From Thermoproteota archaeon (GTDB taxonomy: Archaea > Korarchaeota > Korarchaeia > Korarchaeales > Korarchaeaceae), in NCBI GenBank assembly GCA_027491915.1, contig JAOZGC010000001.1, positions 1 to 64,000 on the forward strand: DNA of 64,000 nt, written 5' to 3'. The position numbers and the translations under genes are program-made. The first letter of the stretch is position 1. Every line of letters begins with the position of its first letter. The notes beneath the pieces are model-generated. The model was not told the origin of the DNA. It saw only the letters and a program-made list of their open reading frames with translations, and made no database searches. Of the stretch, positions 45,607 to 54,619 are shown piece after piece.

Positions 45607-46308
45607 TCACCTCAGAAGTCTGTTCAAAATCGAGGGAAGGTCTGAAAGCCTCTCAACGACCGCGTCGGCCCTGGGATCTCCTTCACCTTTGGCGGGGACG
45701 TGGACGGCCATCATCCCGACGGCCTTGGCCCCGGCCACGTCTGCCTCCGGATCGTCTCCGATCATCACGCTCTCCCAAGGTTCGCTCTCGGTGAGCTCCA
45801 GGGCCCTCCTGAAGATCTCCGGGTGGGGCTTGGCGTATCCGACCTCGCCCGAGGCGACGACCCCATCGAGGAGATCCAGCACCCCCTCCTCCTCGAGCTT
45901 CCTCGACACCATCTCCCCAGACCTGGAGTTCGCCACCACGGCCCCCCTCAGGCCCAGGGAGCGGATCACCTCGAGGGCCTCCGCGGCCCCCTCCCTGAGC
46001 CTGGTCAGCCTGACGAAGGGATAGGCGTAGGCTTCCAAGTGGGCCTCCCCGACCTCCGCCTCGATCCCGAGCCCCCTCAGGAACTCCGATATCTCCTCCT
46101 CCGCGGATGCCTCCCGGAGGGTGCTCCTCCTCAGATCGTCCAGCCTCCTCCTGACCTCCCTGTATACCCTCATGGCCTCTTGGAGCCTCCCCCCGACGCT
46201 GACACCGGAGGCCTCGAGGAGAGCCCTGACCCTGGCCTCGTGGTACTCAACGTCGGGAACGGTGGGCTCTATTAGGGTCATCCAGGCGTCGAAGAGCGCC
46301 GCCCCCAT
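45607..46308 (-). CDS. HAD-superfamily hydrolase (IA)
   Basis: LFDAWMTL, VANS, GYAKPHPEIF, IGDDPEADVAGA. Confidence 0.88.
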   Translation of the reverse strand: MGAALFDAWMTLIEPTVPDVEYHEARVRALLEASGVSVGGRLQEAMRVYREVRRRLDDLRRSTLREASAEEEISEFLRGLGIEAEVGEAHLEAYAYPFVRLTRLREGAAEALEVIRSLGLRGAVVANSRSGEMVSRKLEEEGVLDLLDGVVASGEVGYAKPHPEIFRRALELTESEPWESVMIGDDPEADVAGAKAVGMMAVHVPAKGEGDPRADAVVERLSDLPSILNRLLR

Positions 46309-46380
46309 CACACGTTCCCGCCCTCGGGATCGTCGGATCAAATAATTAATTGCCCCGATCCGGGCGGCCCGGGTGAGCGC

Positions 46381-46635
46381 CTGCCCTCGGATCACAGGTA
46401 CGAGGTCCCCGTCGTCAGGCTAAGCAGGGCCCTGAGGACTCCCAGGGAGATAAGGAGGAGACTGGAGGCCCAGATTTCAAGATCCACCCTGGCGAGATTC
46501 TCCAAGGACGCCGTCGACTGCCCCGTCCTGGGGGAGAGGGTGAGCTTCTTGGTCTGCTTCGCCTGCCCCAACTACGTCAGGAGGTACCGCGGAGTCGTCC
46601 ACTGCAGGGGGGATCCCCTCTCCGACTTCCCCTGA
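46381..46635 (+). CDS. Small Cys4 putative metal-binding protein (84 aa), probable CTG start; not in ORF track
   Basis: Manual translation LPSDHRYEVPVV...FSKDAVDCPVLGERVSFLVCFACPNYVRRYRGVVHCRG; gggtgag SD before CTG; AT-rich box at 46340-46351. Confidence 0.7.
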   Translation: MPSDHRYEVPVVRLSRALRTPREIRRRLEAQISRSTLARFSKDAVDCPVLGERVSFLVCFACPNYVRRYRGVVHCRGDPLSDFP

Positions 46636-47271
46636 CCCCGGGCCTGGTCGGAACCGGGACCAGTAGGCCGCGCCGGCGATCACCCCCAACGACGAGGCCG
46701 CCGCCAGCAGAGCGGGGCCCCAAGGCGGGACCGCCTCCCCGGGCGGACTCCCGTAAACCTTGGGGCCGGCCTCAGCCGGAGCCCGGGGCGGCCCGACCCC
46801 CAGCGGGGCGGCGCCGAACGGCTGGCCCCACCACCGAGATCCCAGGAACAGGGACCACACCCCTCCCAGGCCGACGCAGAGGAGGACCAGCCCCAACACG
46901 GCGCGCCTGAGGCCCCAGCTTGGGGATGCGGCCCGGGAGATCCACCTCCTGAGCGCGCTGATCGCCCTGCCCCTCTCCCGCGTGGTCAGTATCACCATCG
47001 CCGGGGAGCTCATCCGGTACACCTTCATCTTCCCCCTCCTCCCGGACCTCCTGCCCTCCACCGATATCAGGCCGGCCTCCAACATCTTCTCAAGGTGGTG
47101 GACGACCGTGGTGAGGGGTAGATCCAACTCTCCGGCTATCTGGCTGGCGCTCTTCGGTCCCTCGGCCAGGGAGGAGAGTATCCTCCGTCCGTTGTCGTTG
47201 GCCAGCTCGGCTCCCAGAACCGCCGCGGCCGGGTGACCTATCTCGACCACCATGGGATCGGTCAAGTCCAC
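46477..47271 (-). CDS. ArsR-family HTH regulator with two C-terminal TM helices
   Basis: RRILSSLAEGPKSASQIAGELDLPLTTVVHHLEKMLEAGLI then two hydrophobic helices. Confidence 0.8.
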   Translation of the reverse strand: MDLTDPMVVEIGHPAAAVLGAELANDNGRRILSSLAEGPKSASQIAGELDLPLTTVVHHLEKMLEAGLISVEGRRSGRRGKMKVYRMSSPAMVILTTRERGRAISALRRWISRAASPSWGLRRAVLGLVLLCVGLGGVWSLFLGSRWWGQPFGAAPLGVGPPRAPAEAGPKVYGSPPGEAVPPWGPALLAAASSLGVIAGAAYWSRFRPGPGSGEVGEGIPPAVDDSAVPPDVVGAGEADQEAHPLPQDGAVDGVLGESRQGGS

Positions 47272-47296
47272 CCCCGGACTGGGCGGTCCGGGGCGC

Positions 47297-47986
47297 CTAT
47301 TTAACCGGCCTGCGAGTGCTTCGACCGGCGCGGAACCAGTCGACTATGAGATCGGCGACGTCGGTCAGAGAACCCCAGACGACCGCGTCGGCCGACTCGG
47401 CGAGATCCCTCGACTTGGGCCTGAACGCCACCCTCAGTCCGACCGGCAGCGCGAACATGGAAAGGTCGTTCTCGGCGTCTCCGACGACGGCTACGGAGCC
47501 GAGGGGAACTCCGAAACTCTCCGCCGTCTCTCGGACTATCCTCCCCTTGCCCGAGAACGGGACCCTGATCTCCCACCCGACCACGACTCCGTCTCCCCCC
47601 AACTCGAGCCCGTTGACCTCGGCGAAGTCCAGCTCCACCCCGCCGAGGACCCCTCTCATCACCACGTCCAGGCCTGAGCTGACTATTCCGACGATCGTCC
47701 CCTCGGATCTGAGGCGCCTGATCGCCTCTACGGCGCCCTCCACAGGTCTGAGGGACCTCAGGGCCTCTAGGGCCGCGTCTATCCGCCTGCCGACCCAGAG
47801 TCCTACATCCCTCCTGAACCACTCGTCGTACGATATCTCCCCGGAGAGGTAGGCCTCCATGTTCGCCCGGGCCGCCTCCCAGGTACCCATGGCCTTGTGG
47901 AGGATCTCCCAGGAAACCCCCCCTTCTATGAGCGTCCCGTCCATGTCAAAGGCTACGAGGCCGGGTCTGACCCCGCCAGCCGTCAT
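47297..47986 (-). CDS. HAD-IB phosphatase, phosphoserine phosphatase-like
   Basis: AFDMDGTL, IVSSG, KG, VGDAENDL, AFRP. Confidence 0.85.
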   Translation of the reverse strand: MTAGGVRPGLVAFDMDGTLIEGGVSWEILHKAMGTWEAARANMEAYLSGEISYDEWFRRDVGLWVGRRIDAALEALRSLRPVEGAVEAIRRLRSEGTIVGIVSSGLDVVMRGVLGGVELDFAEVNGLELGGDGVVVGWEIRVPFSGKGRIVRETAESFGVPLGSVAVVGDAENDLSMFALPVGLRVAFRPKSRDLAESADAVVWGSLTDVADLIVDWFRAGRSTRRPVK

Positions 47987-48207
47987 CCCCCTCCCGGGGT
48001 CTCCTCCTTGTAGGTCTCGAGTATCTCTTCCATTATGTTGCTCAGCTCGCTCAGCCCTATCATCCCCTCCAATATCGCGCAGGACCCCTCCTCCACCCCC
48101 TCCACCCTTATGAAGAACGCGCACCTCTCTCCCAGGCATTCGACCCTCCCCCCTCCTCCCCCACCAGCCGATAGGATCGGACAGATCTTGCCACTTGCCG
48201 CCGACAT
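47983..48207 (-). CDS. Small Cys4 protein (74 aa)
   Basis: KICPIL...ECLGERCAFF...SCAI; stop overlaps HAD start. Confidence 0.6.
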   Translation of the reverse strand: MSAASGKICPILSAGGGGGGRVECLGERCAFFIRVEGVEEGSCAILEGMIGLSELSNIMEEILETYKEETPGGG

Positions 48208-48289
48208 GGGAGTCTCCCCACCGACCCAGGAGACCTTTAATAAGGGTTGACCCGGTCGGCCGGCTCGAGAGTGGAGAGGTGCTGAATTG

Positions 48290-49483
48290 ATGGCCCGTGC
48301 TGCGTGGGGGCTCTCCTCCTTCCTCCTCCAGCAGGGAGGGGGGGACACCTGGCTCAACTGGATAATAATGCTCCTCTTCCTGGGGGTGATGAACTACTAC
48401 GCCGGGAAGCTGCAGGTCCAGGTCTGGATGAACGACATAATGAGGGCCCTGGGTCAGCTGGAGAGGTACACCTCCGAGGCCGAGAATTCCCTGATCGAGG
48501 AGGCCTCCAGGTTCGGCCTCTCGAGGCAGGAGCTCTCGAAGAGGGTGAGGGGATTCAAATCCTTCTTCGAGATAGCCCCCGTCACCCTGGACCCGGCGGG
48601 GGCCATAAGGAGGCTAGAGCACATATTGGACGTTGAGAGGGACCGCTTCAAGAGGTTCGTCAGGTCCATCGCCCCCAACGCGGACGACGACAAGCTGATG
48701 AACCTGACCGATCAGCTGGCCGGGGTGATAATGCTCGACAGGGTTTACAGGATAGTCCGGCACTACTTCCTCCTGGGGAAGAAGACCCAGAACCTGATCT
48801 ACATAGCCCAGATCCAGATGATGATACCCGAGATCCTTAGGATAGCTAAGGCCTACTGGAAGTCGGCGGACGCCTTCAGGAAGGGGGTCCCGGTCGGGGA
48901 CAGCGTCGGCCCCCTGGTGGCCCTGAGGCTGCTCGACGGGGCGCAGACCAGGGAGATAGCGGAGGACGTGATCTACGGGGAGGTGGACGTGGGCGGCAGG
49001 AGGGTCCTCGTCGTGAAGTCCAAGGGTCCCGGCGGAAGGCTGGGGAAGCCGGGGGAGGCGATAGGCAGGTTGGTTGACATGTTCGGCGGCAGGATCAGGG
49101 CCATCATAATGGTCGACGCGGCGGCCAAGCTAGAGGGAGAGGAGACGGGCGAGGTGGCCGAGGGGGTCGGGGCGGCCATAGGGGATCCCGGCCCCGAGAA
49201 GTGGAAGATAGAGGAGGTGGCCGCCAGGGCCGGGATCGACCTGATCTCCTTCGCCGTGAAGATGAGCCCCCTGGAGGCCCTCACCCCCATGACCAGGGAG
49301 GTCGACTCGGCTGCGGACGAGGTGATATCCAGGATAAGAGAGAGGATAGAGTCGGACTACCGCCCGGGCGACGTGGTGATAGTGGCCGGGATAGGCAACA
49401 CCGTGGGGGTGGGAAACGAGATACCCCGCGGGGGGAGGGGTGACTCCGATGTCGGGGTCCGGAGAGAGGGAGCAGCGTCGTGA
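48290..49483 (+). CDS. DUF1512 family protein
   Basis: DPAGAIRRL, GVPVGDSVGPLVA, GPGG, MVDAAAKLEGEETG, GIGNTVGVG. Confidence 0.82.
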   Translation: MARAAWGLSSFLLQQGGGDTWLNWIIMLLFLGVMNYYAGKLQVQVWMNDIMRALGQLERYTSEAENSLIEEASRFGLSRQELSKRVRGFKSFFEIAPVTLDPAGAIRRLEHILDVERDRFKRFVRSIAPNADDDKLMNLTDQLAGVIMLDRVYRIVRHYFLLGKKTQNLIYIAQIQMMIPEILRIAKAYWKSADAFRKGVPVGDSVGPLVALRLLDGAQTREIAEDVIYGEVDVGGRRVLVVKSKGPGGRLGKPGEAIGRLVDMFGGRIRAIIMVDAAAKLEGEETGEVAEGVGAAIGDPGPEKWKIEEVAARAGIDLISFAVKMSPLEALTPMTREVDSAADEVISRIRERIESDYRPGDVVIVAGIGNTVGVGNEIPRGGRGDSDVGVRREGAAS

Positions 49484-49490
49484 GGTCAGC

Positions 49491-49904
49491 GTGGGACACC
49501 TGGCCCTCCTCATGGCCTTGGTGATCGGCCTGGCGGCCTTCTCGATCCTCCTTATATGGCTCTCCGTGCTGGACATCAGGGCGGGCAGAGACGCCATGAA
49601 CGCCTTCTTCCAATTCATCATGGGGCTGGCTGGCCTGGCCCTGGCCGGGAAGTCCCTGGCCGACATGACCAGGATGAGGCTGTCCAGCGGGGAGAAGCCC
49701 GTGGAGGTGGTTTCTGTCATCCAGTGCGTCGACTGCGGACACTCCGCCGAGAGGAACTTCTCCGATGGGGAGTACGTCGGCATGCTGACCGGAGAGCGAT
49801 GTCCGGAGTGCGGGGGCCCGGTCTACGTGGCCAGGATATACGTCAAGGGCGGGGGGGAGGAGAGACGCCAGAGGAGGATCCTGGGCCTTCCCGCGGCGGC
49901 GTGA
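49491..49904 (+). CDS. Two-TM membrane protein with Zn ribbon
   Basis: TMs then CVDCG...RNF..GEYV...CPECG...IY. Confidence 0.7.
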   Translation: MGHLALLMALVIGLAAFSILLIWLSVLDIRAGRDAMNAFFQFIMGLAGLALAGKSLADMTRMRLSSGEKPVEVVSVIQCVDCGHSAERNFSDGEYVGMLTGERCPECGGPVYVARIYVKGGGEERRQRRILGLPAAA

Positions 49905-49915
49905 AGGCGGGAGCC

Positions 49916-50365
49916 ATGCACGGCAAGATACACGTGGTCCCCTGCGTCGTGGTATTCGACGACTCCTTCAGGGTCCTCCTACTGAGGAGGTCCAAGAACA
50001 AGAGGTTCAGGGACAGGTGGGAGATACCGGGGGGGAGCCTCAGGTTCGGCGAGACCCCCAGGCGGGGGGCCGCCAGGGAGCTCAGGGAGGAGACCGGGTT
50101 CGACGTCCACCCGAGGGAGCTCATACCGGTGGACTCCTTCGGCTTCGTCTACACGGGCGTCGAGTTCGTGATCCCCCTCTACACCGTCAAGAGGTCGGGC
50201 GAGCCTGTCTTGAGGCCCAGGGAACACGAGGACTGGGGGTGGTTCGATCTGGATTCCGTCGTCAGGATGGAGAGGGCCGGGGAGACCATGATGGGGGTCT
50301 CCCTGATGGTCAGGGAGGCCTACAAGGTCTGGGAGTCGATCCAGGGCAGGGTGAGGGGGGTCTGA
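49916..50365 (+). CDS. NUDIX hydrolase
   Basis: WEIPGGSLRFGETPRRGAARELREETG Nudix box. Confidence 0.9.
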   Translation: MHGKIHVVPCVVVFDDSFRVLLLRRSKNKRFRDRWEIPGGSLRFGETPRRGAARELREETGFDVHPRELIPVDSFGFVYTGVEFVIPLYTVKRSGEPVLRPREHEDWGWFDLDSVVRMERAGETMMGVSLMVREAYKVWESIQGRVRGV

Positions 50366-50366
50366 C

Positions 50367-51134
50367 TTGGACGTGGGGGAGATGGCGCTCGCGATCCTAC
50401 AGGGCGTACTGGAGTGGCTGCCGGTCAGCAGCGAGGGCCAGCTGGTCCAGATCTCCATCTTGGCCCTGGGGATGCCGCCGGAGAGGGCCCTGAACGAGGC
50501 CCTCTTCCTGCACCTCGGAACCGCCCTCGCCGCCCTCGTCGCGCTGAGGAAGGAGGTGGCGGACGCCCTGGCCGGGATACCCCGGGGGGAGGATTTCTCC
50601 AAGTTCGTCGTCGTCTCCGTGGTGGTCTCGGCCCTGGTGGGCCTCCCTGTGATGGTGGCCGTAAAGGGAGCGTCCCCCTCCATCGGGGGGGCGGCCATGA
50701 TCGCCTTCTCCCTCGTCCTGGTGGCGGTCGGCGCGGTCCTCAGGGTGGCCGAGTCCAGGGGTCCCCCGTCCGGGAGGGGGATCTCCCCGAGGGAGGGGGT
50801 GGTGGCCGGCCTGGCCCAGGGTCTGGCCGCGATTCCCGGGGTGAGCAGGTCGGGCTCGACCGTGGCCGCCCTCCTCCTCATGGGATCCGATCCGGAGGAG
50901 GCCCTGAGGGCCTCCTTCCTCATAGGGATACCGGCCACCATGGGGGCGTCCGCGCTCTCACCCCCGCCCGAACTCTCCCTCGGTCAGATGGCGGTCCTAG
51001 TCTCCGTCAGCTTCGCCGTCGGCCTGATATCCCTGAGGATCCTCCTCTCGGCGGCTAGGAGGGTCCGCATGTCGACCTTCGCCCTGGCCTTCGGGGCGGC
51101 CGGGGTGGCGCTGAACCTACCCTCCATCCTGTGA
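50367..51134 (+). CDS. uppP: Undecaprenyl/polyprenyl-diphosphate phosphatase (BacA)
   Basis: QGVLEWLPVSSEG, HLGT, QGLAAIPGVSRSGST, SFL. Confidence 0.9.
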   Translation: MDVGEMALAILQGVLEWLPVSSEGQLVQISILALGMPPERALNEALFLHLGTALAALVALRKEVADALAGIPRGEDFSKFVVVSVVVSALVGLPVMVAVKGASPSIGGAAMIAFSLVLVAVGAVLRVAESRGPPSGRGISPREGVVAGLAQGLAAIPGVSRSGSTVAALLLMGSDPEEALRASFLIGIPATMGASALSPPPELSLGQMAVLVSVSFAVGLISLRILLSAARRVRMSTFALAFGAAGVALNLPSIL

Positions 51135-51192
51135 TCCCCTGGCCCCCCACCTCTCCACTCTTTCCCCCTCCGCTCCCCTCCTCCGACTCCCC

Positions 51193-52533
51193 TCAGCCGA
51201 ATATCACGGACTCCCTGCCGAAGAGCTTCGCGCTAACGATCAGCAGGAGCATCAGGTAGATCACCGACGAGGCGAAGGACTCGACCAGCGCGGCGACGTT
51301 CCCCGGGTCCACCAGGAGATCCCTGACCAGCATGGCTATGCTGGTCACGGGGGCGAGCCTGAGCGGGCCCATCATGGGGGGAGGCAGGTAGGGGACGGCC
51401 ACCATCGGTAGGACGAGGACCCCCATGGTCGCCCCCAGGTACTGCTGGGCCTCCTTGAAGGTCTTGGCGAACGAGGACGTCATGACGATCACCGCGTTCC
51501 CCGTCAGGCCGGCCAGTATCATGGCCACCACCACGCCGGCCAGCACCAGCGCCGGATTCACCCCCTCCGGTATGAGCCTGGCGGCCGCGGCGGCAGCGGC
51601 CGCCTGCCCGATCCCCGAGGGGCCAACTCCCCCGGTGACCTGGAGGCCGGCTGAGAACTCCTCCGCCATGAGGATCAGGCCCAGGATGGAAGCCATTATG
51701 GTGGACAGTCCGGCCAGCAGGGAGAAGAAGGTCATGGCCAGGTACTTCCCAGCCAATATGCTCAACCTGCCCACAGGCGCCGTGAGCAGGGCCTCTATGG
51801 TCTTTCTCTCCCTCTCCCCCGCTATCATATCGAGGGCGAACGTCCCGGCCCCGGTTATGGCTATGACCCCCACCATCATCGGGAGCATCATCGACCCGAC
51901 CACCACCTCGGGCGACACCTCCCTGCCGGTGGAGGTTACCTGGAACTCCCTCTCAACCAGGGGGTGCACGTAATCCAGGCTGAGGTTCAGGGGGCGCAGC
52001 CTCTCGCTGACTATCTCCTCCTCCACCCGGGATACCGCGGCCGAAACCATGGAGATCGCCGTAGAGGACTTCATGCTGAAGGGGTCGTAGTAGTAGTCCA
52101 CGCTGGCGGTCAGGCCCGACGTCAGGTTGGCCGTGAATCCCTCCGGTATGACCACCACCAGGTCGGCCCTCCCCCCCAGTATCTCGGCCGACGTGTTGAC
52201 CCGCCCGGTGCGCACGACCAGGGACATCCCGCCCTGGTCGGAGATCGCCGAGGCGAGTCTCCCGGCGGCCCCACCGTCGTCCAGGAGGACCAGCTCAACG
52301 ACCGGGGGGGTGGTCTTCGGGCTCACCATCAGTATGGGGATCGCCATCGCCAGCGGGATCAGCACCACGGGGAGGACTATCGTGTTGATTATGGTCCTCC
52401 TGTCCCTCAGGGCCTCGGTGATCTCCTTCCACGCCACCACCACCGGGGCGGCCTTCGGTATTCCGTACCCGGCCAGCCCCAGCCCGCGCGTCACCTTGAC
52501 CTCCCCGGATCCTATTCGCCCCCAGAGCCTCAT
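51193..52533 (-). CDS. ABC-2 permease, NatB-like
   Basis: KEITEALRDRRT, IAGERERKTIEALLTAP, FAKTFKEAQ. Confidence 0.88.
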   Translation of the reverse strand: MRLWGRIGSGEVKVTRGLGLAGYGIPKAAPVVVAWKEITEALRDRRTIINTIVLPVVLIPLAMAIPILMVSPKTTPPVVELVLLDDGGAAGRLASAISDQGGMSLVVRTGRVNTSAEILGGRADLVVVIPEGFTANLTSGLTASVDYYYDPFSMKSSTAISMVSAAVSRVEEEIVSERLRPLNLSLDYVHPLVEREFQVTSTGREVSPEVVVGSMMLPMMVGVIAITGAGTFALDMIAGERERKTIEALLTAPVGRLSILAGKYLAMTFFSLLAGLSTIMASILGLILMAEEFSAGLQVTGGVGPSGIGQAAAAAAAARLIPEGVNPALVLAGVVVAMILAGLTGNAVIVMTSSFAKTFKEAQQYLGATMGVLVLPMVAVPYLPPPMMGPLRLAPVTSIAMLVRDLLVDPGNVAALVESFASSVIYLMLLLIVSAKLFGRESVIFG

Positions 52534-53267
52534 GCCGTTATCTCACCCCTGACCAGCCTGACGAATATCTCCTCGAACTCCCTGAGGCCGGTCAACCTCT
52601 CCAGATCCTCGACGCCGCCGCGGTAGACCACCTTCCCCCTGTTTATCACGGCCACCGCCTCGCACAGCTTCTGGACCTCCCACATGTTGTGGGTGCTGAG
52701 CACCACCGTCTTGCCGGCCTCGGCGTGCTCCCTCATCATCCCCCTAATCTCCCTGGCGCTCATCACGTCGACCCCGGACGTCGGCTCGTCCAGCAGCAGG
52801 ACGGGGGGCTCGTGCAGGACAGCCCTGGCGAAGGTTAGCTTGGCCCTCATCCCCTTGGACAGCCTGTCCGCCAGGGTGAACCTCTTCTCCCACAGGCTCA
52901 ACCTGGTCAGGAGGTCCCTCACCCTCTCCCTCAGCTCCGACTCCTCCATCCCCCGGAGCTTGCCGAAGTAGATCAGGTTCTCCTCGGCGGTCAGCCTGGG
53001 GTAGAGGCCCGTGTCCTCCGGCATGACCCCGATGACCTCCCTGACCCCCCTCGGGTCCCTGGTGACGCTCCTCCCCATGACGACGGCGTCCCCCGAGTCG
53101 GGCCTGAGCACCCCGTATATCATCCTCAGCGTGGTCGTCTTGCCGGCCCCGTTAGGTCCGAGGAAGCCGAACACCGATCCCTCTTCCACCTCGAAGCTCA
53201 CCCCGTCCACGGCAACGACATCCCCGAACGCCTTGGTCAGCCCTACGGTGGCCACGGCCGCCGGCAT
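52530..53267 (-). CDS. ABC transporter ATP-binding protein, NatA-like
   Basis: GPNGAGKTT, LSKGM, LLDEPTSGVD, STH. Confidence 0.92.
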   Translation of the reverse strand: MPAAVATVGLTKAFGDVVAVDGVSFEVEEGSVFGFLGPNGAGKTTTLRMIYGVLRPDSGDAVVMGRSVTRDPRGVREVIGVMPEDTGLYPRLTAEENLIYFGKLRGMEESELRERVRDLLTRLSLWEKRFTLADRLSKGMRAKLTFARAVLHEPPVLLLDEPTSGVDVMSAREIRGMMREHAEAGKTVVLSTHNMWEVQKLCEAVAVINRGKVVYRGGVEDLERLTGLREFEEIFVRLVRGEITA

Positions 53268-53320
53268 ACCTCCGGCCGCCCGGGGGATTGATTTTAAACC
53301 CAGCGAGTCCGGGCGGCCGG

Positions 53321-54619
53321 ATGCGCTGGAGGAAGGTGGCAGCGGTCTCCTCGGTTCTCCTGGCCGTCGTCGCGTTCAACCCGGGTCCGGGGCCGATGAG
53401 GGTCGACGCCCACTTCTCGTCGCTGGCGGTTACCCCCTCTCAGCTGATACTCGGGGAGGCGGCCAACCTGAGCTTCAACCTCTCCAAGAGGATGAAGGTC
53501 CCCGAGGGCGTGATGAGCTGCAGGGCCAGGCTGGTGGAGGCCAACCTGACCCTGGTATTACCGCCCCAGCTGGCGGTGACCAACCTCACCGTGTCGGCAG
53601 ACCCGCAGGATGTGGAGGTCTCGGTCTCCGGCCGCAGGATCTCGGTCAGGCACCGGGAGGACGTGTTGTCCGTGACCCTGAGGGCCTCCGTGATCGCGCC
53701 GCTGAACTCGACCCCCGGGGTCTATCCCATAAGGGTACTGGCCTTAGGCAAGGAGATCCTGCCCAACGAATCCGTGAGGTATCTCAACGCCACCCAGAAG
53801 ATCGTCCTGACGGTCGGATCTTGGCACCCGGCGGCCGAGCTGAGGGTGTTCCCCTCCAGGATAACTCCCCCCGGGAGGATCGCCGTCAGGGTGGACGTGG
53901 GGAACCCGTCGGCCCTCTGGGTGGTCAGGCCGGGCGGCCGGCTGGAGATGGTCAACCTGACCATAAGGGACGCGGCGGTCGCGTTGACCTCCACCTTCAT
54001 GGGCGGACAGGACGTGATCCGGGTGGGGGAAGTCGGACCAGGCCGGGTGGAGGTGATAAACAGGGTTTACGACCTACCGGACGGCGTTCCGGCCGGGGCC
54101 CACCAGGTAGTGGCCCTGGTCTCGGGGTCGGTTGGGCCGACTTCCGGGTCGGTCATCGTCAGGGACGACCTGGAGATAGTGGAGCAGGCCGACGTGAGGG
54201 TGGAGTCCCTGGACCTGCCGGCGGAGGTGGACGAGAACTCCACCTTCCCGGTCAATATAACCGTCAGGAACTACTCCCCCTTCCCGGCCAAGTCCGTCTC
54301 CGTCAGGGCGGCGGCCGGCGGGGTCGGGGACGAGGTCTACCTCGGCGACCTGGGGGGCTACGAGGTCAGGAGCGTCGTGGTGAACCTCCGGTCCGGGGGG
54401 GCCGGCAACCTGACCGTCGAGGTCGAGGTCTCATGGAGGGACGCATACCCTCCCCAGGCCAGGGAGGCGAGCGCCGAGGCCGCCATCTCGGTCTCCCGGT
54501 CGGGGGGATCGGGAGGGGGGCTGGCCGTCCCCGCAGATCTGATGCTGGTCGCCGGCGCCCTGGCGGTCGGGCTGGTGATGGGGTACGCCTGGCGCAGGCC
54601 GAAGGCAGGTGAGCGCTAG
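53321..54619 (+). CDS. Cell-surface protein: signal peptide, Ig/CARDB-like domains, C-terminal TM
   Basis: Hydrophobic N-terminus, beta-rich, many N-x-S/T sequons, TM plus basic tail. Confidence 0.75.
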   Translation: MRWRKVAAVSSVLLAVVAFNPGPGPMRVDAHFSSLAVTPSQLILGEAANLSFNLSKRMKVPEGVMSCRARLVEANLTLVLPPQLAVTNLTVSADPQDVEVSVSGRRISVRHREDVLSVTLRASVIAPLNSTPGVYPIRVLALGKEILPNESVRYLNATQKIVLTVGSWHPAAELRVFPSRITPPGRIAVRVDVGNPSALWVVRPGGRLEMVNLTIRDAAVALTSTFMGGQDVIRVGEVGPGRVEVINRVYDLPDGVPAGAHQVVALVSGSVGPTSGSVIVRDDLEIVEQADVRVESLDLPAEVDENSTFPVNITVRNYSPFPAKSVSVRAAAGGVGDEVYLGDLGGYEVRSVVVNLRSGGAGNLTVEVEVSWRDAYPPQAREASAEAAISVSRSGGSGGGLAVPADLMLVAGALAVGLVMGYAWRRPKAGER

